A DNA stretch of 64,000 nucleotides, taken from the NCBI GenBank assembly GCA_045643285.1, contig JAZUKN010000039.1, positions 13,770 through 77,769 on the forward strand. Direction: 5' to 3'. Under the pieces are notes generated by a model. It was not told the origin of the DNA, made no database searches, and worked only from the letters and a program-made list of their open reading frames with translations. The position numbers and the translations under genes are program-made. Source of the stretch: Eubacteriales bacterium (GTDB lineage Bacteria; Bacillota; Clostridia; Oscillospirales; CAG-272). This document shows positions 46,752 to 55,494 of the stretch, one piece after another (within the stretch, counting starts at the first letter, position 1; the number at the start of each line of letters is the position of its first letter).

Positions 46752-48860
46752 TTAGTTCTTGTATTCGATGAGCTTTACGGTCTCATCGGTGATTTCGGCG
46801 ACGAATTCAGCTTCGGTGTTCTCGACGGAGAGCTTGCCTCTTGCCGCTTCTGTTGCAAGAGCACCGCAGTTGATGACGTAGTTGAATGTGTCGCTCTTGA
46901 AGGTATCTTCGCTCTTTTCGGTGAGCGTGAAGTTTATCTTACAATCCTTGACTTCGGTCACGCCGTCCGCGAGAACCTTGCCGAACAGCGGAGAAACGGC
47001 GAAGCGGATGTCCTTCTTTGCGCTTCCCTTGACTCCGCCCTTGATGCCGGAGGCAACAGCCTTACCGTCTATCTCGAGACCGATGATCTTCGCGCCGCTT
47101 GCCTGCGGAATGAGCGTTACGCTTGTGATAATGGACGAATCCATTGTCTGCTGCTTCGACGGAGAGAGCTTGAGCGTGAAGTTCGTGAGCTTCTTGTCGA
47201 ATGCGATGATCTCGCCGGAGAAGACGTCGTCCGCTTTCAGTCCGAGAGGAGAAGCGGTCAGTTCTTTTCCGCCGAAGTCGATGTCGTTTGCGATGAGATA
47301 CTTCCCTGCCGGATCCTTTGCAACGGATGCAAGACCGGACGCGGACGTAATTCTCGTGTATGTTCCGTCAATGTAGTAAGCGTAGAGATGAAGCTCTGTT
47401 TCGCCTGCCGGGAACAGGTCTGTCTCGAAGTTCCACGGGTCGTATTCGCCCTGAGTCTTCGACCAGCATACGAAAGTCTGACCTGCATTCTTCGGGATCA
47501 TTTCTTTTCTTCCGATGATTTCACCCGGTCTGATCGGAACTGCGGTGTAGTTGTCTGCAAGGAGACGTGTCCACTGCGAGTCGATCTGATTTGCGGCGTT
47601 ATCATAATGGAAGTAAACCGTATTTTTCTTTACCCAGTGGGCGTTGAGCGTGAGAACGTATTTTTCGCCGTCCCATTCGCATTTGTCTTCGGTGACTGTA
47701 TCGTTTGCAAAGTCCCAATAGTCCATAGTCGCATCGAAGCGATCGAAGTAGGACGGGTTCGTCTTGTCCCCGTCAGGTGTGAAGACGATTCTGTCGCTGA
47801 CGGAGTAACGCTGTGCCTTCGCGTGAGCTTCGTTCTCTGCGTCGTAGTCAACGTAGTAAGGAGTCTCGAAGACGTACTTGCCGTTTTCGTTTTCAACGAA
47901 TACCGTATAAAGCGAAACATAGCCGGATTCGATAGCGTATCTGTCGAGTCCCACGTCGCTCTCTTCCGCCTTTGCGAATACGTAAGCGTATCTGTCAAGC
48001 TCTGCGGTTACATCGGCGTATGCTTCGGGGATCTCGCCGACCTTCTGCCAGCCTGCGAGAGAGGATACTTCTGTGAGGGAGTATGTTTTCTTCTCGTATG
48101 CACGGCGGTAAGCCTCGCGGAGGTTTTCGTCGTCGATCTCGTTTATTGTTTCGTCTCCGTTGCAGATGTAGAATCCGGATTCAACGGAAAGAACGATAAC
48201 GTTTTCGTCGGGTTCAGCCGTTTCTTCGGTTTCTTCTGTTTCTGCGTCTGCCTGTTCTCCGTCTTCTGCGGTTTCATCTGACGGAAGCTCGGCGTCATCG
48301 GTTTCAGCGGGTTCTTCTTCGTTCTTCAGCTTGGAGCTGATGAACACATAAGTATCGGGAGCGGCTTCCGTTTCCGAGCCCTCTTCTTTTTCGGCTTCCT
48401 CAACAAAAACGTAAACGTATTCGCCGTCGTCTGCCTTTTCGTACTTGCGGACGTATTCGCCGTTCGGGTTGATCTCGAAGATACCGTTTCCGTCGTCTGC
48501 GGAGAGGTAGACAAACTCGCCGTTTTCGGATTCCTTATATGTTGCGGCGTCGGAAGCGTACCAGCCGAGGAGGTCGAAGCCTTCTCTCATGGCAAGTCCG
48601 AGCGACGGAACAGTGTACTGGTTGTCGGTATATTCAACGGGAATATACGGGATCTTGGAGCCGGGCTCGCAGTACATCTTGCGGACGGTAGCGGTTTTAT
48701 TTCCGAGGTAGCCCTCGTTGCCTTCGTAAACAACGAGATACATACCGGATGTATCGACTTCGATGCTCGACGCACAGCCGGAAAGCACCGGAACAAGCGC
48801 GCAAAGGATCATTACAAGAACAAGAGAAAGAAAGAACAGCTTACGGTTAGAAGATTTCAT
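46752..48860 (-). CDS. large lipoprotein with Listeria-Bacteroides (InlB B-type) repeat-like segments
   Basis: 702 aa with lipobox VLSGC. Y.VVYEGN.G......REGFDLLGWYA and GQTFVCWSK...YDPWNF resemble Flg_new/InlB B-repeats, and there is an acidic low-complexity region. It is the first gene of the operon. Confidence 0.55.
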   Translation of the reverse strand: MKSSNRKLFFLSLVLVMILCALVPVLSGCASSIEVDTSGMYLVVYEGNEGYLGNKTATVRKMYCEPGSKIPYIPVEYTDNQYTVPSLGLAMREGFDLLGWYASDAATYKESENGEFVYLSADDGNGIFEINPNGEYVRKYEKADDGEYVYVFVEEAEKEEGSETEAAPDTYVFISSKLKNEEEPAETDDAELPSDETAEDGEQADAETEETEETAEPDENVIVLSVESGFYICNGDETINEIDDENLREAYRRAYEKKTYSLTEVSSLAGWQKVGEIPEAYADVTAELDRYAYVFAKAEESDVGLDRYAIESGYVSLYTVFVENENGKYVFETPYYVDYDAENEAHAKAQRYSVSDRIVFTPDGDKTNPSYFDRFDATMDYWDFANDTVTEDKCEWDGEKYVLTLNAHWVKKNTVYFHYDNAANQIDSQWTRLLADNYTAVPIRPGEIIGRKEMIPKNAGQTFVCWSKTQGEYDPWNFETDLFPAGETELHLYAYYIDGTYTRITSASGLASVAKDPAGKYLIANDIDFGGKELTASPLGLKADDVFSGEIIAFDKKLTNFTLKLSPSKQQTMDSSIITSVTLIPQASGAKIIGLEIDGKAVASGIKGGVKGSAKKDIRFAVSPLFGKVLADGVTEVKDCKINFTLTEKSEDTFKSDTFNYVINCGALATEAARGKLSVENTEAEFVAEITDETVKLIEYKN

Positions 48861-49216
48861 TATAAAAACACCTCAAAGGATACTTAATGCCGGATTGAAT
48901 ATAAATTCAGAAGCGTTCACGCAAAACACGTATTGTATCATAGCATACTAATAATTTTCTCAATTTTATCACAAAGGCGCGGAAAAGTCAATACAAATAT
49001 TGCCCAAATGAATAAAAAATTGGAAATAATTCGACGATTTGAAACTTATGCCGAAAAAAGAGTCATTTTTTTATATAAATTTCACATAGGCAGGCAGATT
49101 TTGCAACAAAAGCGGGAGGGAATTGTTAAAAAGTGAATACGGGCGAAATAATATATTTGGCGAACCGCAGAAATGTGCCGCCGCCGTGGAGTTGAGCCCA
49201 ACTCCATTCTTTCCCC

Positions 49217-49245
49217 TTGACATTTCCGCGTTTTTCGCGTATTAT
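49217..49245 (+). promoter_or_regulatory. candidate sigma-70 promoter
   Basis: TTGACA, a 17-nt spacer and TATTAT, about 55 nt upstream of ATG 49300. Confidence 0.55.
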
Positions 49246-49299
49246 ATATAAAATGAAACATTTCCACATTTTCCGTCAGAAAAGGACTTTTTTCACTCA

Positions 49300-49761
49300 A
49301 TGAAAACTAAGTTATACGATTTTTCCGTCTCCACCGCCGTCACCGTGTGCGCGGCTTATGCTTTTCTCATAACGCTGTCCGCGTTCGGCTGTACCGGCGA
49401 CGGAAATAAAATAATCCCCGCGATAATCTGCGCGCTGTTCGTCATTTCTTTCGTCATGCTGTTCGTGTATTTCGTCATTCTCGCGCCGGAAATCAGCGCA
49501 AAGGCTATAAAGCACGGCTCAAAGACCATAAAGAAAAAGAACCTCTGCTACAAGGCAGTGTACGATCCGCGACTCAAAGAAAAAACCGTCGTCTTCTGGG
49601 ACAAGAAGACCGAGATAAAATACCTCTCGAACGCCGACTACAAAAAGAAAACCATCCGCGTACAGGCGACTGACGCAAACCTAAAAAAGATCGGCGAATG
49701 GCTCGGCTGTGAGATACCGTCTCCCGAAAAGCCGAAAAGGAAAAAGCTCTCAAGAAAGTGA
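49300..49761 (+). CDS. membrane protein, unknown function
   Basis: 153 aa with two TM segments and a Lys-rich C-terminal half. The RBS is weak. Confidence 0.45.
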   Translation: MKTKLYDFSVSTAVTVCAAYAFLITLSAFGCTGDGNKIIPAIICALFVISFVMLFVYFVILAPEISAKAIKHGSKTIKKKNLCYKAVYDPRLKEKTVVFWDKKTEIKYLSNADYKKKTIRVQATDANLKKIGEWLGCEIPSPEKPKRKKLSRK

Positions 49762-49772
49762 GTCAATAATAA

Positions 49773-50096
49773 ATGAAGAAAAACAAACGCGAAGAAGAAG
49801 CGGAAATACTGAGAAAAATGCTTTCCGATTCCGACGAGGAACCGAAAAAGGCAGAGACAGTCAAAGCGAAAGAAGAAAAATCATCGTCTTCGTCCGAGCG
49901 TGACGACGGCGACGTTATTCGCTGCCCGAAGTGCGGCTATGTTCTCGCATCCCGTTCAACCTGTCCGAGATGCGGATACAACGGCTACGTCCCGATGACA
50001 AAATCCGAAACCAAACGGATCAGAATGATCCTTTTCCCGATAATTCTGATCATTGCAATAATCTATATCTTATGGCAAAAGGGCGTGTTCGGCTGA
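49773..50096 (+). CDS. zinc-ribbon protein with C-terminal TM anchor
   Basis: 107 aa with CPKCGY...CPRCGY and a TM segment (MILFPIILIIAIIYILW). Confidence 0.5.
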   Translation: MKKNKREEEAEILRKMLSDSDEEPKKAETVKAKEEKSSSSSERDDGDVIRCPKCGYVLASRSTCPRCGYNGYVPMTKSETKRIRMILFPIILIIAIIYILWQKGVFG

Positions 50097-50125
50097 TTAC
50101 CGTGCGCCGAAAGAAGGCTTTTTCA

Positions 50126-51607
50126 ATGAAGAAAATCAAGCATATCCTGTCGTTTATTCTTGCCGTGCTGCTCGTTTTCCCGTGTGCATCCGTTTGCATT
50201 GGAGAAAGCGGCACAGAAGAACACATCTGCTATGTCAACGGTTTCACCGACGGTCTGTTTCATCCCGGCGAGACTCTCTCCCGTGCGGAAGTCGCGGTGA
50301 TATTCTACAACCTTGATCCGACTATCCGCGGCGGAAGCAAATCGTTCACCGACGTGAAAGCCGATGCATGGTACGCCGATGCGGTGTCCGCGCTGGCATC
50401 AAAAGGGATAATGAACGGCTACACAGACGGCTCTTATAAGCCCACAAGGGCGGTGACGCGCGCGGAATTTGTCGTGATCCTTGCCGCGCTGTCGGGCAAA
50501 AAGCCGAAACCGGCCAAAACTGCATTTCTCGATGTTCCGCAGGCACACTGGGCAAGCGGCGCGATATCTCTCGCGGAAACGAGCGGCTGGGTAAAAGGCT
50601 CGGGCGGTCTTTTCCGTCCCGAAGACACTATTACAAGAGCCGAGGCGGTGACGGCGATCAACCGTTTTCTCGGACGCACGCCGGACAAAGACACGATAGA
50701 CAGCGACCCTATCATACGGTATTTCCCAGACGTGACTCCCGACAAATGGTTTTATTACGACGTTATGGAGGCTGCTGTCTCGCACACCGCTTTCTGCGAC
50801 GAAAAATGCGAACAGTGGGTGGACGTCACACGATATGAGACACAGCTTCCGGACGGATTTATCCTCGTTTCCGGTTCTCTCAGGCTGATCGAAGACGGTT
50901 GGTTCGTCCGCGAAGATCGTGAAGGAGAATACAGCGGCAAGAAATACCACTCTTACGAAAACGGCGTTTTATGGATGCGCGACGGTGCAGTCGATCTCTC
51001 GGACGGCGAAACGGTCATCATACATAACGGAAGAGTGGCGACCGAGGACGGGCTGTATCCGTCAGTCAGCGGACTCTACTGCATCGAAGGCGGAAAGATA
51101 GTGAAAAATGCGTACCGCGGTCAGATGTTCTTCTGCTCTGACGGTCACTACACCTCCGGCAACGACGACATCGACGCATACATTGACAATATCATAAAAA
51201 ACACGATAACTGACGGTATGACAAAAGAGCAGATGCTCCGCGCCTGCTACAGCTACATATATTACAACGTGAATTACCGCGCGAACAACAACCACGTCGG
51301 ACGCGGTGCGGACGGAGAGACGTGGACCGAGCAGTATATGCTCCGTCTCATCAATTCGGGCAAAGGCAACTGCTACTGCTACGCGGCTGAGATGTACTAT
51401 CTCGCTCTGCGCGTCGGATATGATACGGCGAAGGCTGTATCCGGCGGCGTAACGCCCGACAACCTTGATCACGGCTGGATGACGGTGACGGTGGACGGAG
51501 AAGAATTGCTTCTCGACCCCGAGCTTGACTCAGCAGACGGGGAGTACGAAGGCTCCGCGTACATGGTGACGTACGCCGACGCGCCGTTCAAGTATTATGT
51601 GAAGTAA
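50126..51607 (+). CDS. secreted SLH-domain protein with C-terminal transglutaminase-like cysteine-protease domain
   Basis: 493 aa from ATG 50126, with a signal peptide. It has SLH-like repeats (FTDVKADAWYADAVSALASKGIMNGY..GSYKP...VTRAEF). The C-terminal GKGNCYCYA...LDHGW...LLDPE fits the Cys-His-Asp transglutaminase core. Confidence 0.65.
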   Translation: MKKIKHILSFILAVLLVFPCASVCIGESGTEEHICYVNGFTDGLFHPGETLSRAEVAVIFYNLDPTIRGGSKSFTDVKADAWYADAVSALASKGIMNGYTDGSYKPTRAVTRAEFVVILAALSGKKPKPAKTAFLDVPQAHWASGAISLAETSGWVKGSGGLFRPEDTITRAEAVTAINRFLGRTPDKDTIDSDPIIRYFPDVTPDKWFYYDVMEAAVSHTAFCDEKCEQWVDVTRYETQLPDGFILVSGSLRLIEDGWFVREDREGEYSGKKYHSYENGVLWMRDGAVDLSDGETVIIHNGRVATEDGLYPSVSGLYCIEGGKIVKNAYRGQMFFCSDGHYTSGNDDIDAYIDNIIKNTITDGMTKEQMLRACYSYIYYNVNYRANNNHVGRGADGETWTEQYMLRLINSGKGNCYCYAAEMYYLALRVGYDTAKAVSGGVTPDNLDHGWMTVTVDGEELLLDPELDSADGEYEGSAYMVTYADAPFKYYVK

Positions 51608-51904
51608 ACGTCTTTGTAAGACGTAAAAAAGGGAGAAAACTTCGAGAGTTTTCAATTTCATCTTTTTGTCCTGCGTATGTATACGCGGCGGACGGTTTGA
51701 TTTGTCCAAACCTAACGTTTGGCGGCGTTTTGTCCTACGCGGACGGCGGACAAGCCGGTATTCGACTTCGTCGAAACCGACGCGACGCTCTTGTCAATCA
51801 CCGCGCTTAGGGGGAAGTTCGCTTCGCTCTATTCACGCCTACCGACTTCGTAAACGAAGTCGTAGAGATGCGAAGCATCTCGGTTGAACCCCTTTGTTAC
51901 AAAG
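51608..51904 (-). repeat. hairpin-array element, R6 left arm (inverted)
   Basis: Contains A 51635-51653, I 51706-51722, G/H-like modules, E 51844-51861, D 51865-51881 and F 51889-51904. Its reverse complement aligns with 921-1141. Confidence 0.85.
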
Positions 51905-52016
51905 TAATTGCAAGAATTATGCGTATCTTATCATTTAATAACGATTAAGTTATTCTTTATAATGAGCGGCAGCGCGCTTTTATTAACGACCTAAATCCTC
52001 TTCACCGTCGCATTCT
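51905..52016 (+). repeat. conserved core between head-to-head arms (copy 2 of 2)
   Basis: Shares the atcatttaataacgattaagttattctttataatgagcggcagcgcgc... block with 25931-26042. It contains TTAATA, a 17-nt spacer and TATAAT. Confidence 0.75.
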
Positions 52017-52232
52017 CTTTGTAACAAAGGGGAGTCCAGAGGGGGGGAATAGAGCTTGCTCCTTCCCTGAGTTTACGAAGTAAACTCGTTGGTCGTGTGG
52101 ATTCATAAGGAGTCCGCGAAAGTGACTCACCGAGATGCGGAGCATCTCGTCGAGTTCACGGAGTGAACTCGGCTTATGCGGCCGTCCGCCAGGACAAATA
52201 GATAATTTGAAAACACGAAGTGTTTTCTTCCT
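52017..52232 (+). repeat. hairpin-array element, R6 right arm (direct)
   Basis: Contains F 52017-52032, the C-variant gagtttac-gaa-gtaaactc, gagtccgcgaaagtgactc, D 52130-52149, C 52151-52171 and A 52209-52227. Confidence 0.85.
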
Positions 52233-52294
52233 CATCACTCAAAAAAGAAAAAATATATTATTTTTCAAAAATAAACCCCACCGGAGGTGCATCT

Positions 52295-53740
52295 ATGAAC
52301 TACTATATCGGCATCGACCTCGGCACATCGTCCCTCAAAGGCATTCTCGCCGATGAAAACGGCAATATCCACCGCGAAAGCTCCGCGTCGTACTCTGTTC
52401 TCTATCCCCACGACGGCTGGACAGAGCAGAATCCTTCCGACTGGATCACAGCTGCAAAAAAAGTCCTCACTATCCTATCAAGCGGCGTGTCCCGTGACGT
52501 TCGCGGTCTCTCTGTCGGCGGTCAGATGCACGGCCTTGTCACGCTCGACGAAAATGACAGCGTCATCCGTCCGTGTATTCTTTGGAACGACGGCAGAACG
52601 GAAGCCGAAACCACTTACCTCAACAACGTGATCGGCAGAGAACGCCTCTCGTCCCTCACCGGAAACATCGCGTTCGCCGGATTCACCGCACCCAAGCTCC
52701 TTTGGATGAAGAAAAACGAGCCGGACAACTTCGCAAGAATCAAAAAAATCATGCTCCCGAAAGACTACCTCGCGTATGTTCTTACCGGCGTTTTCTCGAC
52801 TGATTATTCCGACGCATCCGGTATGCTCCTTCTTGACGTTGAGCACAAACAGTGGTCGCGCGAGATGTGCGAGATCTGCGGAATCAGCGAAGATATGCTT
52901 CCGCGACTTTATGAGAGCTACGAGGTGACCGGAAAAGTCAAGCGTGAATTCGGGCTCCCGAACTGCATCGTTACCGCAGGAGCAGGCGACAATGCCGCGG
53001 CCGCTGTCGGTACGGGTACCGTCAAAAACGGCGCTTGCAACATCTCTCTCGGCACATCCGGCACGATTTTCATTTCCGGCGACAGTTTTTCCGTCGATCC
53101 GAAAAACGCGCTCCACTCGTTTGCCCACGCGAACGGAAAATTCCACCTCATGGGTTGCATCCTCTCCGCCGCATCGTGCAGAAAATGGTGGCTTGAAGAC
53201 CTGCTCGGTACTTCCGACTACGCCTCCGACGAAGACGGCGCTTCTGCGATACCGTCCGACAACGGCGTTATCTTCCTCCCGTATCTGTCAGGTGAAAGAA
53301 GTCCGCACAACGACGTGAATGCGCGCGGTGCGTTCATCGGTCTTTCGGCAACGACGACTAAAGCGGAAATGAGCCGCGCAGTCATGGAGGGCGTTGCTTT
53401 CGCACTCCGCGACTGCCTCGAAGTGGCAAAATCGAACGGCATCAGTCCCGATTACACTACCCTCTGCGGCGGCGGAGCAAAATCCCGTCTCTGGCGGCAG
53501 ATCATCGCGGACGTTATGAACATCACCGTCCGTATCCTCCGCACCGAGCAGGGACCGTCACTCGGCGGCGCGATGCTCGCAATGGTCGGAGCAGGACAGT
53601 ACGCATCCGTTGAAGAAGCGGCTGAAAAGATCGTTTCCGTTTCGGAGGAGATCAAGCCGATCCCCGAAAACGTCGCGGCATACGAGAAAAAATACAGATA
53701 TTTCGCTCGTCTCTACCCTGCGCTGAGAGACGCAAGATAA
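52295..53740 (+). CDS. xylB: xylulokinase (FGGY carbohydrate kinase)
   Basis: 481 aa from ATG 52295, with GGAGGT upstream. It has YYIGIDLGTSSLKG, GGQMHG and GAGDNAAAAVG. Confidence 0.85.
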   Translation: MNYYIGIDLGTSSLKGILADENGNIHRESSASYSVLYPHDGWTEQNPSDWITAAKKVLTILSSGVSRDVRGLSVGGQMHGLVTLDENDSVIRPCILWNDGRTEAETTYLNNVIGRERLSSLTGNIAFAGFTAPKLLWMKKNEPDNFARIKKIMLPKDYLAYVLTGVFSTDYSDASGMLLLDVEHKQWSREMCEICGISEDMLPRLYESYEVTGKVKREFGLPNCIVTAGAGDNAAAAVGTGTVKNGACNISLGTSGTIFISGDSFSVDPKNALHSFAHANGKFHLMGCILSAASCRKWWLEDLLGTSDYASDEDGASAIPSDNGVIFLPYLSGERSPHNDVNARGAFIGLSATTTKAEMSRAVMEGVAFALRDCLEVAKSNGISPDYTTLCGGGAKSRLWRQIIADVMNITVRILRTEQGPSLGGAMLAMVGAGQYASVEEAAEKIVSVSEEIKPIPENVAAYEKKYRYFARLYPALRDAR

Positions 53741-53749
53741 GATAAACAA

Positions 53750-53780
53750 AAATAACCGGACCTGAATGGTTCGGTTATTT
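53750..53780. terminator. bidirectional terminator
   Basis: The stem aaataaccgga/tccggttattt-like (aaataaccgga...ttcggttattt) lies between convergent xylB and the serine dehydratase gene. Confidence 0.7.
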
Positions 53781-53785
53781 TCGTC

Positions 53786-54994
53786 TTACTGATTCTTCAC
53801 TTTATTCGCGTATAGTACCGCAAGTCCGCCGTGGGAAGTCTCGCGGTATTTTTCGTTCATGTCTTTTCCGGTGCGGTACATCGTGTCCACTACATCGTCG
53901 AACGAGATCTTTCTCGTCTCCGTGAGGAACAGCGAAAGGTTCATCGACGAGATCGCTCTCATCGCGGCGACGGCGTTTCGCTCGATGCACGGTATCTGCA
54001 CAAGTCCGCAAACCGGGTCGCAGGTCAGTCCGAGATTGTGTTCCATTGCGGTTTCGGCGGCGTACTCGGTCTGCTCTATCGAAAGTCTGTACAGTGTGCA
54101 AAGCGCGGCGGCCGCCATAGAGCACGCACTGCCGATCTCCGCCTGGCATCCGGCTTCCGCTCCCGAAATGCTGGCGTTAGTGCGGATGATATTGCCGAAC
54201 AGTCCGGCAACCGCGAGTGCGTCGATGATCTCGCCGTCGGAAAAGCCTCTGTCGTGGCGCATATAGTACAGCACCGACGGGATAACTCCGGAGCTTCCGC
54301 AGGTCGGCGCGGTAACGACGATGTTCTCGGATGCGTTTTCTTCGCTGACGGCAAAAGCGTACGACGAAATGATCCTGTTCATCGCAATATCGGACGACTC
54401 GTTATAGCACCGCTTTTCGTTCAGGATCTTCGCTTTTCTCTCGACTCCGAGACCGCCGGGAAGCACGCCTTCGCCTTTCAGTCCTCTCTCAACTGATTCC
54501 TCCATTGAATACCAGATCCCCTCAAGGTACTGCCAAAGCTCGCGTCCCTCCCTTTCCCGGATGAAATCGACGAGCGAGATCGAACGCGCTTTACATTCTG
54601 CGGCGATCTCGGCGAAATTCTTTTCGGGATAGATGTCGTCTTCTTCGTCGGAGTGCTCGCCCCAGACGCGGATCGAGCCGCCGCCTATCGAAAGTATACG
54701 GCACTTACCGACAAGCACACCGTTCTTATACGCGCAAAAATCCATAGTATTCGGATGCGGCAGGTCTGTTTCGGTTTTGTTGAAAAAGACCTCTGTCCCC
54801 GGGAGCCCCGAAACTATCGCTTTCCCCGTACTGTGTCCCTCGCCGGTAAACGCGAGCGAGCCGTACAGCGTGACGGTGTAGCGATCTGCATCGGGATAGC
54901 GGTTGCCGAACAGCTTTGCGGCGTTATACGGACCGACTGTATGGGATGACGAAGGACCGTTACCGACTTTATAGACGCTTTTGATACTTTTCAC
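53786..54994 (-). CDS. sdaA: L-serine ammonia-lyase (iron-sulfur-dependent, single chain)
   Basis: 402 aa from GTG 54994, with AAGGAG 9 nt upstream. This keeps the repeat tail outside the CDS. It has VGNGPSSSHTVGP and PTCGSSGV motifs. Confidence 0.85.
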   Translation of the reverse strand: MKSIKSVYKVGNGPSSSHTVGPYNAAKLFGNRYPDADRYTVTLYGSLAFTGEGHSTGKAIVSGLPGTEVFFNKTETDLPHPNTMDFCAYKNGVLVGKCRILSIGGGSIRVWGEHSDEEDDIYPEKNFAEIAAECKARSISLVDFIREREGRELWQYLEGIWYSMEESVERGLKGEGVLPGGLGVERKAKILNEKRCYNESSDIAMNRIISSYAFAVSEENASENIVVTAPTCGSSGVIPSVLYYMRHDRGFSDGEIIDALAVAGLFGNIIRTNASISGAEAGCQAEIGSACSMAAAALCTLYRLSIEQTEYAAETAMEHNLGLTCDPVCGLVQIPCIERNAVAAMRAISSMNLSLFLTETRKISFDDVVDTMYRTGKDMNEKYRETSHGGLAVLYANKVKNQ

Positions 54995-54999
54995 GGCGT

Positions 55000-55490
55000 T
55001 GTACTCCTTTTCTTTAACTTGCGCGTAGCGCAAACATCATTCGGCAAAGCCGACATCATTAAGCAAAGCGTAACATCATTTTTCTTTAACTTGCACAATT
55101 TCCACGGCCACGCACAAAACATCATTCTCCTATATACCGTATGGAACGGAACCCTCGACGTCCCGCGATTTTTCACAAACCTCACGGCTTCAAACCAAAC
55201 GAAGGTCTAAAATCTGCCTCCCTTGTGTAAAGGGAGGTGTCACGGCTTGCCGTGACGGAAGGATTGTTGTAAGGAAGAAAACGTCGTGGACGTTTTCGAA
55301 TTATTTCTCTTCCACTGCGCGTGGGGCGGACAAGCCGAGTTCACTTCGTGAACTCCATGATTCGACGCTCTTGTCAATCACCGAACCAAAGAGGGGCAAG
55401 GTGCAAGCACATTTCCCCTCTTTGGAAACTCCCCTTTGTTACAAAGTGAATGCAAAACTTTCGTTTACTTTGTCCACTTCTTACCTATTC
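55000..55490 (-). repeat. modular hairpin-array element, unit R7 (inverted, full length)
   Basis: Contains tail micro-repeats at 55018-55080, an inverted J unit at about 55095-55175 and K 55165-55265 (the inverse of 16021-16110). These are followed by A 55277-55297, B 55312-55325, C 55337-55355, a G-like module at 55361-55380 and F 55431-55446. Confidence 0.85.
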
Positions 55491-55494
55491 ACTA

